32,000 nucleotides of DNA from Candidatus Hadarchaeales archaeon (GTDB lineage: Archaea > Hadarchaeota > Hadarchaeia > Hadarchaeales > Hadarchaeaceae), in assembly GCA_038823825.1 (NCBI GenBank), contig JAWBCC010000002.1:1-32000 (forward strand). Reading direction: 5' to 3'. Positions 23,876-32,000 of this stretch are shown in pieces. Within the stretch, counting starts at the first letter, position 1. The number at the start of each line of letters is the position of its first letter. The position numbers and the translations under genes were made by a program. The notes under the pieces are model-generated. The model ran no database searches. It was not told the origin of the DNA and saw only the letters and a program-made list of their open reading frames with translations.

Positions 23876-24442
23876 ATGCCCAAAAAGGAGCCCGTCTCGC
23901 CAATTATGGAAACTATTTCCAGATTAAGAGAAAGCTATGATACCCGCCTTTCGACAATTAGCGAAAGCATCGGAAGTCTGAAGGCAAGGCTCGATGAACT
24001 TGAGCAGATTTTTTCCGAGCTCAAGGGGGCGAGCAAAGAAGCTCTCGATTTCCTCAGAGAAACTAGGCCACAAATACTTCTCTCCAACATGAAAAAACTC
24101 GAAATAGAAATTGAGGAAATTAAAGGGAGGCTCAGAGTCAATGAGGAAACACTCACAGAGCTCGGAAGGGATCTCAGAGAGGTAAAGCAGATGGTAAGTG
24201 AATTTAAAGGAATAGAGGAGTTATTGGAACTCGCGAAAGAAATAAGGGAAGATATAAGAGAAGTTGAGGAACTAAGGAAGAAAACAGAGGCGCATGCGGA
24301 TAAAATAGAAGCCATTTTTGTTGACATACACCGGAAAACCCGTGAAATAAAGGAATTGACTGCCTATGTGGAGGGGTTGAGAGAACTTGTTAGGGATCTC
24401 GAGAAAAAAGTCACAAAGCTCGAAATTTCGAGGAAAAAGTAG
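23876..24442 (+). CDS. Charged coiled-coil protein, paralogue B (function unknown)
   Basis: 188 aa, collinear with the 15325..16017 product over about 170 aa. Both genes have ATGGTTGG immediately 5' of the start codon. Confidence 0.75.
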   Translation: MPKKEPVSPIMETISRLRESYDTRLSTISESIGSLKARLDELEQIFSELKGASKEALDFLRETRPQILLSNMKKLEIEIEEIKGRLRVNEETLTELGRDLREVKQMVSEFKGIEELLELAKEIREDIREVEELRKKTEAHADKIEAIFVDIHRKTREIKELTAYVEGLRELVRDLEKKVTKLEISRKK

Positions 24443-24464
24443 TCCTGCAAAGAGTGGTGGTAAA

Positions 24465-25016
24465 GTGGCCAAGAGAAAAGCGGCCATTAAAGAGAAAAAA
24501 TTAGAGAAACGGCAAGAAAAAACGCCAAATCTGGAACCGATTCTCGAAACCGTCGGCTATCTCGTCGGCGAGAAAGGGGAAAGAGTGATACGAGCGCTAA
24601 CGAGAGGAGAAATGACAGATGAGGAGCTGGCGAAAAAAACGAATTTACAGGTAAACCAAATCAGGAGCATTCTCTATATTCTTCACGAAAACAGAATCGT
24701 TTCGTATAGAAGGGAGAGAGAGGAGAACAGCGGATGGTATGTTCACTATTGGAGACTCGAACCGGAGAGAGCTCTCGACTACATAAAAGAACAAAAAGCA
24801 GAACTCCTTAGAAAACTCGAGGAAAGGCTAGCGGAAGAAGAGAGCAAGATATATTTTACCTGCGAGAAAGAATACGCACGTGTTTCCTACGAAAATGCGA
24901 TGGGTACGGAGTTTAAATGTCCGACCTGCGGGGGCACGCTTAAGCCCTACGATAACAGTGCCATCGTAAATTCTCTTAAGGCACAGATCGAGAGGCTGCG
25001 CAGAGAGCTTTCCTGA
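24465..25016 (+). CDS. tfe: Transcription factor E alpha (archaeal TFIIE-alpha homologue)
   Basis: It has a winged-helix region (GEMTDEELAKKTNLQVNQIRSILYILHENRIVSYRRERE..SGWYVHYW) and a Zn ribbon (YFTCEKE...FKCPTCGGTLKPYDNS). The start is uncertain. The track's ATG at 24387 overlaps the upstream gene by 56 nt, so I prefer the in-frame GTG at 24465. Confidence 0.85.
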   Translation: MAKRKAAIKEKKLEKRQEKTPNLEPILETVGYLVGEKGERVIRALTRGEMTDEELAKKTNLQVNQIRSILYILHENRIVSYRREREENSGWYVHYWRLEPERALDYIKEQKAELLRKLEERLAEEESKIYFTCEKEYARVSYENAMGTEFKCPTCGGTLKPYDNSAIVNSLKAQIERLRRELS

Positions 25017-25040
25017 ATTTTTCCTTTGGAGGAGATAATT

Positions 25041-25598
25041 ATGGACGTTGATGAGGCTATCAGGATTCTCCGCAGCGTGGGGTGTCCAGAAGACGTTATC
25101 GAACATTGTCTGACGGTTCGAAATGTCGCTCTCGAGCTTGCAGACAAAATCGAAAAAAACGGATATTCAATCGACAAAAAGCTTGTGGAGCTGGGAGCGC
25201 TCTTTCACGACATAGGAAGAGCAATAACGCATGGGATTTCGCATGGAGTCGTGGGAGGAAGAATCTTGCGAGATCTCGACCTCGATAGACTGGCACCATT
25301 TGCGGAAAATCACATAGGCGGTGGAATACCCGCAGAGGAAGCCGCAAATCTGGGGCTCCCACCGAAAGACTACTTCCCAAATACGATCGAGGAAAAAATC
25401 GTTGCGTACGCCGATAAGCTCGTGGAGGGTGGAAGAGTTGTTAATTTCGAAAGGTCTCTCGAAGAATTCAAAAAGGAACTCGGGAAAGATCACCCGGCGA
25501 TTGAGAGACTCCTCAAACTTCATCGGGAGATGAAAAATCTAATCGGAAAATCATATCCTGAACCTGCGTCTGACGAAGCTCTTCGGGAAAGTCCATAG
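25041..25598 (+). CDS. HD-domain (HDIG-type) phosphohydrolase
   Basis: LGALFHDIGR...HGVVGGRIL...YADKL are present. The ATG at 25041 has GGAGG 8 nt upstream; the track uses TTG 25026. Confidence 0.8.
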   Translation: MDVDEAIRILRSVGCPEDVIEHCLTVRNVALELADKIEKNGYSIDKKLVELGALFHDIGRAITHGISHGVVGGRILRDLDLDRLAPFAENHIGGGIPAEEAANLGLPPKDYFPNTIEEKIVAYADKLVEGGRVVNFERSLEEFKKELGKDHPAIERLLKLHREMKNLIGKSYPEPASDEALRESP

Positions 25599-26870
25599 CG
25601 GCCTCTTGGGTTTAACCTTCTTTACCTCGCTCAGATGAGGAAGCAAAAGCAATGAGATCACAAGTCTCAAAATTCCAGAAAGAAGGAAAACGGATAGTAT
25701 CGGCTTAAGACCAAGGGAAAGCTTGGTCGCGAACAGACCACCTAACGTTGCCCCGGCGAAGATTCCCATGCCGTTGAGCGCGTTAAAATATGAAAAACAT
25801 ATGCCCCTCTTCTCCCGGCTGACAACATCGTAAACAAACGTGAATGAGGCAAGGTCAAAAGCCGCCCAAGCAAATCCACCGAACATCTCTATAATAGATA
25901 GATGGATTGGATTCGTGGTGAGTAGCCAAAGAATAGGCACCCACGGAATTAAAAGTCCACCGATTCTCAGAGTCCTGAGACGCCCATATCTGTCAGAAAA
26001 TTTCCCCCACCAGACCATGCTCAGAAACCTGACAGAGGATGAAGAAAGAACTATCCCCACATAAGTGATGTAGCTGAACTTCAGATCTCTGAGCATATAA
26101 ACGGCGAAGAAGGGAGCGGCGATGTTTGTGGCAAAGGCCATCAAAGTCGTGTAAAGCGAAAACCTACCAAATCTATTCGGTCTTTTTCCTCTTCTCCAGA
26201 TTTTCCTGAGAAACTCGAAAAATCCGAAATGGTATTCTTCCTTCTCCTCAAACTTTGGTTCATAGTGTTTGAGCAAAAAATATCTGGAGATAAGACGAGC
26301 GAGCATAGCACCTAGAAAAAGCAGAGAGAATCCAAGAAAGATTACCCCCAATCTTCTGGATAGATCCAAGAAGATTCCAGCAATCATGAATGCTATGAGG
26401 TTCGCAAACCCGATTATTCTGTTTCTCCTTCCAAAGAAACTTCCCATCTCCTCTTCTGAAACAAGATCACCTATCCAAGATGCCCAAGCGGGGCCATTCA
26501 GAGCGCCGAGCGTTAGATATGCGGCATAGAAAAGCATGACGATGAGTGGTAGAAAAGTGCTACTGACGCCCGTCAGAAATACTAGCATGGCTAAGATGGA
26601 CATGGGAAGCCACACCATCGCCTGCATAAAAACAAGCTCCGTTACAAGCTTCTTCCTGCTTCTGCCCTCCATCAGCCTCGGCGTGGCTAGCTGCGACAAA
26701 TTCGCTGCCAAATTTGGAACCGATGTCAGAAGTCCGATTTGTGCTTCGCTGGCTCCAAGAGCTATCGCAAACGGGGAAACATAATATGCTCCTAAGGCCT
26801 CGTTAACAGACCATGCGACGCCGTCCTTTATACTATACTCCAGACTTTTCTTTCTCTTCTCTTCCTCCAA
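25551..26870 (-). CDS. MFS-type transporter (about 12 TM)
   Basis: 439 aa and highly hydrophobic, with two six-helix halves separated by a basic loop (KIWRRGKRPNRFGR). Confidence 0.7.
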   Translation of the reverse strand: MEEEKRKKSLEYSIKDGVAWSVNEALGAYYVSPFAIALGASEAQIGLLTSVPNLAANLSQLATPRLMEGRSRKKLVTELVFMQAMVWLPMSILAMLVFLTGVSSTFLPLIVMLFYAAYLTLGALNGPAWASWIGDLVSEEEMGSFFGRRNRIIGFANLIAFMIAGIFLDLSRRLGVIFLGFSLLFLGAMLARLISRYFLLKHYEPKFEEKEEYHFGFFEFLRKIWRRGKRPNRFGRFSLYTTLMAFATNIAAPFFAVYMLRDLKFSYITYVGIVLSSSSVRFLSMVWWGKFSDRYGRLRTLRIGGLLIPWVPILWLLTTNPIHLSIIEMFGGFAWAAFDLASFTFVYDVVSREKRGICFSYFNALNGMGIFAGATLGGLFATKLSLGLKPILSVFLLSGILRLVISLLLLPHLSEVKKVKPKRPLWTFPKSFVRRRFRI

Positions 26871-26929
26871 TGTCTCTGCCTCCCTTTTAAGTCTTGAACT
26901 AAAACTTCAGCTTTGAACGACTATAAAGG

Positions 26930-27002
26930 TGGGCCCGCTGGGATTCGAACCCAGGCTCTCCACCTCGTAAGGGTGGCGTCATGCCAACTAGACCACGGGC
27001 CC
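26930..27002 (-). tRNA. tRNA-Val (anticodon UAC)
   Basis: Hand-folded cloverleaf: acceptor GGGCCCG/CGGGCCC, anticodon arm CCACC-CUUACGA-GGUGG, T arm CUGGG-UUCGAAU-CCCAG, discriminator A. Two C residues follow (26928-26929), but there is no full CCA. Confidence 0.9.
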
Positions 27003-27040
27003 TCAGAAAGAGCTTAACATAACTTAAGAAAAGGATAACG

Positions 27041-27601
27041 CTAAACCCAGACGATTTTGGAGACCAGCAAGAGGGTGAGGACTCCAAGTGCGTCGCCAAT
27101 AGAGGTTATCAGAGGTCCCACGATGTTATCCGGATCTAGTCCCTTCACATATGATATTACGGTAACCATCATCGAAGAAAGCACAATCAGAGGTACGAGA
27201 ATCACACCGGTGAGGATGAAGGTCGCAGAAAATCTGAAGGGATCAGAGAATCCTCTGACAGACCCCAAAAAAATCAGAACAATCGACACGAAAAGAAATG
27301 AGAAGAGCCCTGAAGCAGTTGCCTCTATCAGATTTTCGCTTAGAACTTTTTGTTTTTTCAGTTTTGGCTCTATTAGACCAAGATGGAGAGCAGAACTCAG
27401 CCTGGCTCCAAGAATGCTCCCTATGTTTCCGCCCATATCGTTTATGGGTGGAATCAATGCCAACAGGAAAGGCAGGGCCAATATTTTCTCGACTTCGATC
27501 TGTAAGAACAATCCAGCCAGTACAGAAACAGTAGCACTTATGAGTAGGGCAAAAAGGCTCTCTTTCACAATTCTTTTCGTAGATGCTACCATCTCAACCA
27601 C
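27041..27601 (-). CDS. MgtE/SLC41-type divalent-cation transporter, membrane domain only (paralogue 2)
   Basis: 186 aa and about 5 TM. Motifs are PPINDMGGNIGSILGARLSSALHLG and GLDPDNIVGPLITSIGDALGV. Confidence 0.8.
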   Translation of the reverse strand: MVEMVASTKRIVKESLFALLISATVSVLAGLFLQIEVEKILALPFLLALIPPINDMGGNIGSILGARLSSALHLGLIEPKLKKQKVLSENLIEATASGLFSFLFVSIVLIFLGSVRGFSDPFRFSATFILTGVILVPLIVLSSMMVTVISYVKGLDPDNIVGPLITSIGDALGVLTLLLVSKIVWV

Positions 27602-28155
27602 CCCAAGAGAGATACCGATAGGAATATGCAGAAAATCGCGACGATATCTCCGATTGTCGTCATAACCGGACCTGTGATGTTATCTGGATCCCAGCCCCTC
27701 TTAAAGGATAAAATTGAAACGAGAACAGCTATGGGAGTCAAGATTATTCCCGAGAGAACTCCGGAAAAAAGCGCAATGAAAAGGAAATTAAAAACACTCA
27801 TGGCCTCTACGCCGGCCAGAAATGTGAAGATAAAAGACATTATTCCTACGGCAAGAGATCCAAGGACACTGACGATGATCGCGGAAATAACGTTAATTTT
27901 CATTTCCCTCGAAAGGAAGAATCGCGGTTTTATAGTTCCAAGATGAAGAGCTGTGCCAAGCCTTGAACCCAGCGCACACCCGATGTTTCCTCTGAGGTCT
28001 ATCAAGGGGGGAATCATCACCACAAGTCCGGGAAGAATCTCTATATTTCTCCGCATTTCCTCAAGCATCGACCCTGCAAACAAGTCAAAGATTGCACAAA
28101 CACTGAGCACGAAAATCTGCTGAAATATGATCGATTTTTTGGATCTCGCTATCAT
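27586..28155 (-). CDS. MgtE/SLC41-type divalent-cation transporter, membrane domain only (paralogue 1)
   Basis: 189 aa. Motifs are PPLIDLRGNIGCALGSRLGTALHLG and GWDPDNITGPVMTTIGDIVAI. It overlaps paralogue 2 by 16 nt. Confidence 0.8.
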   Translation of the reverse strand: MIARSKKSIIFQQIFVLSVCAIFDLFAGSMLEEMRRNIEILPGLVVMIPPLIDLRGNIGCALGSRLGTALHLGTIKPRFFLSREMKINVISAIIVSVLGSLAVGIMSFIFTFLAGVEAMSVFNFLFIALFSGVLSGIILTPIAVLVSILSFKRGWDPDNITGPVMTTIGDIVAIFCIFLSVSLLGWLRW

Positions 28156-28196
28156 CGTATAATTTTCCGAGATGATTCATATATATCTCAAAAAAC

Positions 28197-29351
28197 CTAA
28201 CCAACGACCATCAGAATCTCAAGAAAAACCATTATCAGAATCAAGATAAAAACCAGCAGTTCGAGCGTTATCCCTCGCTGAACGTCAACTCTCTCCATAA
28301 GGGTGTTGTAAATCTCCCGGAGTCGTTCTAGCTTCCTGTCTACGAGAGATAACCAGTCGCTTATCCTGAAGCGTTCGTTTGCCAGTCTGTAAAGCTTTCC
28401 GAGATACCACTCGCCTGTCAGCTTCGTTATATTTCTGGCGCTTTCCACGAGATCTGTCACTTGAACGCTGAAGCTCGAGATCTCTCCAAGAGTCCCTAGG
28501 AGTTTTCGATATCTCCTGCTCGTGATCCAGAAACTCAGCCTGGAGGTTCCCAGAAATCCGCTGAGTGAGGAGACCACCTCCCTCGTCTTCATATCCAGTA
28601 GTCTGTCATACGTCTTGAGGACCAAAAGCTGGACGAGAGCAAGCTCGATTATCCTGACCATATCATCCATATAATCAACAGAGCCGCTGATCAGAGCCGC
28701 ATACCAGTCGACTATCGCTATATCGTCTTCGGAATATGAGAGATACGGTTTGAGCGCATCTTCGACTTCTTTTTCGCTTAACGTCATCCACTCCCTTTCA
28801 CCCCTTAACACCCCTGCTGTCTGCTTTCTGTACTCTTCTAGGAAATCTCTCGCCCCGAGCCTAGGTTCCGTATCGGCAATCAAGATCATGAGATACACGT
28901 GGGGCTCATCCATCGGAGGATAGGAAGGGATTAACGCTGGAGATATTTTTTCCTTCAGTTTTTGGAAGAATTCTCTTGGGATCTCATCGAAGTTCTTTTC
29001 CTCCTTTCCAACCTTCACTCTACCTTCGCTGAGCGAAATGAGTTTTATCAAACGAGAAAAGGTCAGCCTTCTGAACTCAACAATTACGTATATCCCGATT
29101 ACCCCTATCGGAAATATTCTACCTTCCACCCTAGCCTTCTGGCGGCCAACAGTGATATCCCCCAAATCGATGACAATGGACGAAAATTCAAACCAGCCGT
29201 ATCTTGGCGCAATCAAACGCTCCTTTTTGGGAGGTGGGATTTCTACTATCTGGAGTTTTTCCTTCGGAATTCTCTCGCTCTCTATCTTCCCGCCAACATC
29301 GTAGAAATATTGGAAGATCAATCTGCCGGTGAGAAAGGGTTCTTCCACCAT
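28197..29351 (-). CDS. Hypothetical protein with a large cytoplasmic domain and a single C-terminal TM helix (possibly DUF155/RMD1-like or CorA-like topology)
   Basis: 384 aa. The C-terminal LELLVFILILIMVFLEILMVV is preceded by long helices. A TATA-like atattttag lies about 30 nt upstream. The family assignment is only an impression. Confidence 0.55.
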   Translation of the reverse strand: MVEEPFLTGRLIFQYFYDVGGKIESERIPKEKLQIVEIPPPKKERLIAPRYGWFEFSSIVIDLGDITVGRQKARVEGRIFPIGVIGIYVIVEFRRLTFSRLIKLISLSEGRVKVGKEEKNFDEIPREFFQKLKEKISPALIPSYPPMDEPHVYLMILIADTEPRLGARDFLEEYRKQTAGVLRGEREWMTLSEKEVEDALKPYLSYSEDDIAIVDWYAALISGSVDYMDDMVRIIELALVQLLVLKTYDRLLDMKTREVVSSLSGFLGTSRLSFWITSRRYRKLLGTLGEISSFSVQVTDLVESARNITKLTGEWYLGKLYRLANERFRISDWLSLVDRKLERLREIYNTLMERVDVQRGITLELLVFILILIMVFLEILMVVG

Positions 29352-29390
29352 ACGTAAAACACTCTGCGGAAACTCGCTAAAATATCTGGC

Positions 29391-29479
29391 TGGCGCCGGG
29401 GGTGGGATTTGAACCCACGCAGCGCGTATGCGCTAACGGCTTAGCAAGCCGCCGCCGTACCTGGCTGGGCCACCCCGGC
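29391..29479 (-). tRNA. tRNA-Ser (anticodon GCU), class II with a long variable arm and genomically encoded CCA
   Basis: Hand-folded: acceptor GCCGGGG/CCCCGGC, anticodon arm GCGGC-UUGCUAA-GCCGU, variable arm AGCGC-AUAC-GCGCU, T arm GUGGG-UUCAAAU-CCCAC, discriminator G plus CCA. Confidence 0.9.
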
Positions 29480-29523
29480 TCCAAAATAGTATCGCAGTCG
29501 AAGGATAAAATAACATGATGAAC

Positions 29524-29839
29524 GGCGGCGAGCGTGTCCGAAGTGGACGCCTTCCCCGACGCCGTTTGCCGTTCCCCCATCTCCACCCCGTTGATCGCCA
29601 GCGCCGGACGTCCTGCCTACCGCTGCTCCCTTCCGGGCCTAACGGGGTTCAGCAGGCAAAGGCGGTTAGCCAACGACCCTCCGGTCGCGACCCCGCCACC
29701 GCCGGCCCAGCGAGACGAGGCTTCAACGTGGAGGAACGGCGCGTACGTGCGGTTCCAGCGCCGCCTCCGGACTTTCGGCCCACCGTAAGCCCCGTTTGTG
29801 GCTACAGGGGAGGGGCAGCCCCCCGCCTAGCTCGCCGCC
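29524..29839 (-). ncRNA. Signal recognition particle RNA (archaeal 7S RNA, about 316 nt)
   Basis: The minus strand contains CCUGCUGAACCCCGUUAGGCCCGGAAGGGAGCAGCGGUAGGCAGGACGUC. This is nearly identical to the conserved helix-8/S-domain sequence I recall from Methanocaldococcus SRP RNA. The 5' GGCGGCGAGC pairs with the 3' GCUCGCCGCC. The segment is very GC-rich relative to its flanks. Confidence 0.85.
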
Positions 29840-29871
29840 AAAAAGGCTTTCTCCCTCAATCGGAATAAGCT

Positions 29872-30840
29872 TTATCCTTGCAGCTCTCGGAGAAGCTCAC
29901 ACTTTTTACACACCTCAGATGGAGAGGGTTCACCACAAATTTTGCAGAACTTCATCTCGAATTCGCCAACTGCCTGCTCGAGATAAGGTCTTATCTTCTC
30001 ATACATCCTGAGAATCATAAACTTTGAATTTGGATGATTTTCTTCAAGTCTATTCAAGAAGTCCTCGACCTCAACGTGAATCCCTTTTCTGTATGGACAT
30101 TTCCCCCAATACACTTTGAATCCTTTCAGAAGAGCATATATTGCTATTTCCTTCTCTGGAATCTCGCGCATCGGCTTTATTCTGGGAACAAATCCTTTCA
30201 TGGGTTTAAGAATGGGCCCAAGCCTGTAAAGTCTGTAAATGTCGCTCCTGATGTAGTTGAGCATTATTGCCTGCACCTCATCGTCCAAGTTGTGCGCGGT
30301 CGCGAGCTTGTCTGCTTCTACCTCTTTAGCCGTTCGATTGAGAAGCGAGCGCCTCAAAACTCCGCAGTATGTGCACGGACCAAGAGACTTTCCTTTTTCG
30401 GATGCCTGCCGCAAAATCTCATCGAGCGTGAGTCCGAACGAGTCCCTGAAACTTACGACAAATAATTCGACATCAAGAGATCTCGCATTCTCTTTCGCGA
30501 CCTCCACGCCAGCTTCTCGATAGCCAGATATCCCTTCATCTACCGTTATCGCGACAACTTCGCACCTTTTTCTTTCCGCAAATCTTTTGATGAGATGAAG
30601 ACACGTGACCGAATCTTTCCCTCCTGAAACAGCGACAGCGATCCTTTCTCCCGGTTCTATCAGCCGATATTCTCTAATCGCCCTAAGGAATCTTTTCTCC
30701 ACGCTCTTGCATAGACATCTATCGCAGAGGAAGTCACCCGTGTACCTTCTGTGGTAAACCGCCATCCTTCCGCAAAAAGAGCAGCGCTTCTCACCCTCCG
30801 CTGACAATCGGATGGATGACAACCTCATCTCCCTCCTCAA
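29872..30840 (-). CDS. ttuA: TtuA/Ncs6-family tRNA 2-thiolation PP-loop ATPase
   Basis: It has an N-terminal CSFCG...CDRC zinc finger, the PP-loop VAVSGGKDS, PCTYCGVLRR (Fe-S ligands) and a C-terminal CKICG...CKKC finger. The listed start overlaps the upstream Ubl gene by 50 nt. Confidence 0.8.
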   Translation of the reverse strand: MRREMRLSSIRLSAEGEKRCSFCGRMAVYHRRYTGDFLCDRCLCKSVEKRFLRAIREYRLIEPGERIAVAVSGGKDSVTCLHLIKRFAERKRCEVVAITVDEGISGYREAGVEVAKENARSLDVELFVVSFRDSFGLTLDEILRQASEKGKSLGPCTYCGVLRRSLLNRTAKEVEADKLATAHNLDDEVQAIMLNYIRSDIYRLYRLGPILKPMKGFVPRIKPMREIPEKEIAIYALLKGFKVYWGKCPYRKGIHVEVEDFLNRLEENHPNSKFMILRMYEKIRPYLEQAVGEFEMKFCKICGEPSPSEVCKKCELLRELQG

Positions 30841-30991
30841 GCGAATTCTCCTCAGGGACTATCCTACCGTTTACAAAGACCACAACCGTCTCCCTGAGGA
30901 TCCCATATCTTTTGAGTAAATCCAAGATTGTCGCTCCTTCTTCGATTTCTTTATCTTCTTTTCTCCCCTGCCATCTAACAGTAACCTTCAC
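30791..30991 (-). CDS. ThiS/MoaD-family ubiquitin-like sulfur-carrier protein (TtuB/SAMP-like) ending in Gly-Gly
   Basis: 66 aa with beta-grasp-like length and pattern, ending ...VVIHPIVSGG-stop. It lies immediately upstream of the TtuA-like gene. Confidence 0.75.
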   Translation of the reverse strand: MKVTVRWQGRKEDKEIEEGATILDLLKRYGILRETVVVFVNGRIVPEENSLEEGDEVVIHPIVSGG

Positions 30992-32000
30992 GCTCTCACA
31001 ATCATGGGTAGGAGGTTCAGAATAATTAAGAGTAATATGAAGAAGGAAAATGCCTTAACAAAACCTCTCGCAAATCTCTTTGAATATCTGACCTCAAGAA
31101 GCGCTTCGAGCATGTATCCGCCGTCCAAGGGCTTCGCCGGGAGTAGATTGAATAAACCAATACCAAGATTTAGGGCAAAAAGCCACTTCAGGAGATCTAT
31201 AAGAAAAGGTGGAACATAAAAATGATAAAGATATGGATGAAAAACCGGACTGCCGAAAATCGTTGCATACATGAGAATTACCGTGTTTATCGGATGGAGA
31301 TATACTAAATTGGAAGGAGCTTGCGCTGCAATAAAAGGTAAATGACTCTCTCCATTTTCCTGTCTAATTTTGGCATGGAAAGTACCTCTATCGGTTACCA
31401 GTTCAAATTCTGTTCTCCGACTGGCATTCAAATAGTTTTTGAAATTTTTCACATCTTCTATTGAGCTTATTTGAAAGTTGTCCAGTGCAAGGATTTTTGC
31501 CCCGAGAATGTTTTCCTCCGCGAGTGGACTGTTCTCCGCCACTCCCCAGATGTAAACCCCCTGCTTGGGAGTCAAAACAGATAGAAGGATGAGCAAAAAT
31601 AAAAAAGATATCAAGATGTTCGTAACCGGTCCGGCAGCAAACATTCGCATTCTCTTTCCCGGACTGCTTCTAATCACCTGTCTTTCATCTGGCTCAACGA
31701 AGGCTCCCGGGATGAAGAGAAACAAAAGAACTCCCGCCGATTTCGTCCGTAGGCCTTGGGATCTCAAAAGGAATGCGTGGAAAACTTCGTGGAAAATCAA
31801 AACTACACCAACTACGATAAACCAAATGGTAATTGTAAGACCTGGAGCCGTGCCCGGAAGAATGAATCTCACACCCGGGATTGCCTCGCGTGGTCGCAAC
31901 AAAACGAAGATCGAGTTAGACAGCAGACCAGCGAAGACCGAAAACATCAGAAGAAATCCCAAACATGCGGCGATGGTTCCGTAAAAAATCCACCATTTTC
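30988..32000 (-). CDS. Site-2 protease (peptidase M50) with an internal PDZ-like insert; the 5' end is possibly outside the window
   Basis: HEVFHAF (HExxH) and NLLPAKPLDGG (NxxPxxxLDG) lie in TM helices. The track starts at TTG 31962, but the frame stays open to nt 32000 (KWWIFYGTIAAC..., TM-like). The stop overlaps the Ubl start by 4 nt. Confidence 0.8.
   Translation of the reverse strand, partial: KWWIFYGTIAACLGFLLMFSVFAGLLSNSIFVLLRPREAIPGVRFILPGTAPGLTITIWFIVVGVVLIFHEVFHAFLLRSQGLRTKSAGVLLFLFIPGAFVEPDERQVIRSSPGKRMRMFAAGPVTNILISFLFLLILLSVLTPKQGVYIWGVAENSPLAEENILGAKILALDNFQISSIEDVKNFKNYLNASRRTEFELVTDRGTFHAKIRQENGESHLPFIAAQAPSNLVYLHPINTVILMYATIFGSPVFHPYLYHFYVPPFLIDLLKWLFALNLGIGLFNLLPAKPLDGGYMLEALLEVRYSKRFARGFVKAFSFFILLLIILNLLPMIVRA

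Noticed and set aside
24387-24464. Long Lys/Ser-rich N-terminal extension of TFE from the ATG at 24387.
   Set aside because: It overlaps the upstream coiled-coil gene by 56 nt in another frame and has no counterpart in the TFE proteins I know. The in-frame GTG at 24465 gives a typical ~183-aa TFE. This is unresolved without N-terminal data.
29524-29839. Possible RNase P RNA, because the minus strand contains GGGCCGAAAGUCCGG, which resembles the CR-I GAAAGUCCGG motif.
   Set aside because: The same RNA carries the nearly invariant SRP helix-8 sequence AGGCCCGGAAGGGAGCAGCGGUAGGCAGGACG and 5'/3' terminal pairing typical of archaeal 7S RNA. I saw no other RNase P conserved regions.
29515-29868. 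117-aa and 84-aa plus-strand ORFs rich in Arg/Pro/Gly.
   Set aside because: They lie entirely within the GC-rich SRP RNA gene. Their composition is what GC-rich non-coding sequence translates to.
1-32000. Checked for a CRISPR array, IS element, transposase, integrase, toxin-antitoxin pair or known defence cassette.
   Set aside because: I saw no regularly spaced direct repeats, no inverted terminal repeats and no ORFs with transposase, integrase, Cas or nuclease hallmarks. The only HerA-like ATPase is membrane-tethered within the giant surface protein and has no NurA, Sir2 or nuclease partner.

Overview
The window looks like archaeal chromosome, probably from a (hyper)thermophile. Evidence: a TFE-alpha homologue, an archaeal-type SRP (7S) RNA, a TtuA/ubiquitin-like sulfur-carrier pair, structural RNAs much more GC-rich than the surrounding DNA, TATA-like boxes about 25-30 nt upstream of starts, and frequent GTG/TTG starts with ATGA/TGATG coupling. 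I found about 32 protein genes, 2 tRNAs (Val-UAC, Ser-GCU) and 1 SRP RNA. I found no CRISPR array, transposase or integrase. Two regions stand out. (1) nt 2866-16017 is a divergent pair of transcription units. A 2,587-codon gene encodes an integrin-like ectodomain (FG-GAP propeller, about 10 Ig-like repeats, CARDB/NEW3-like domains) joined through one TM helix to a cytoplasmic HerA/FtsK-superfamily ATPase and a coiled-coil tail, and is followed by a coiled-coil protein gene. On the other strand sit three exported or anchored surface proteins, a MinD/ParA ATPase and a tiny membrane protein. (2) nt 16046-21442 is a glycan/anchor locus. It contains wecB, a HAD hydrolase, an ATP-grasp gene broken at a T TTT TTG slippery site, and a processive-type GT2 synthase overlapping (TGATG) a minimal archaeosortase/exosortase-like gene, with a convergent PIG-L deacetylase. 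Nearby proteins carry C-terminal 'IPI/PIP + TM + basic' tails that resemble sortase-type signals. Also present are a ~1.15-kb two-gene GGCT-fold insertion bracketed by ~80-bp direct repeats, a split MgtE/SLC41-like transporter pair and ordinary housekeeping genes. All domain calls come from motif recognition by eye; no database or structure search was run.
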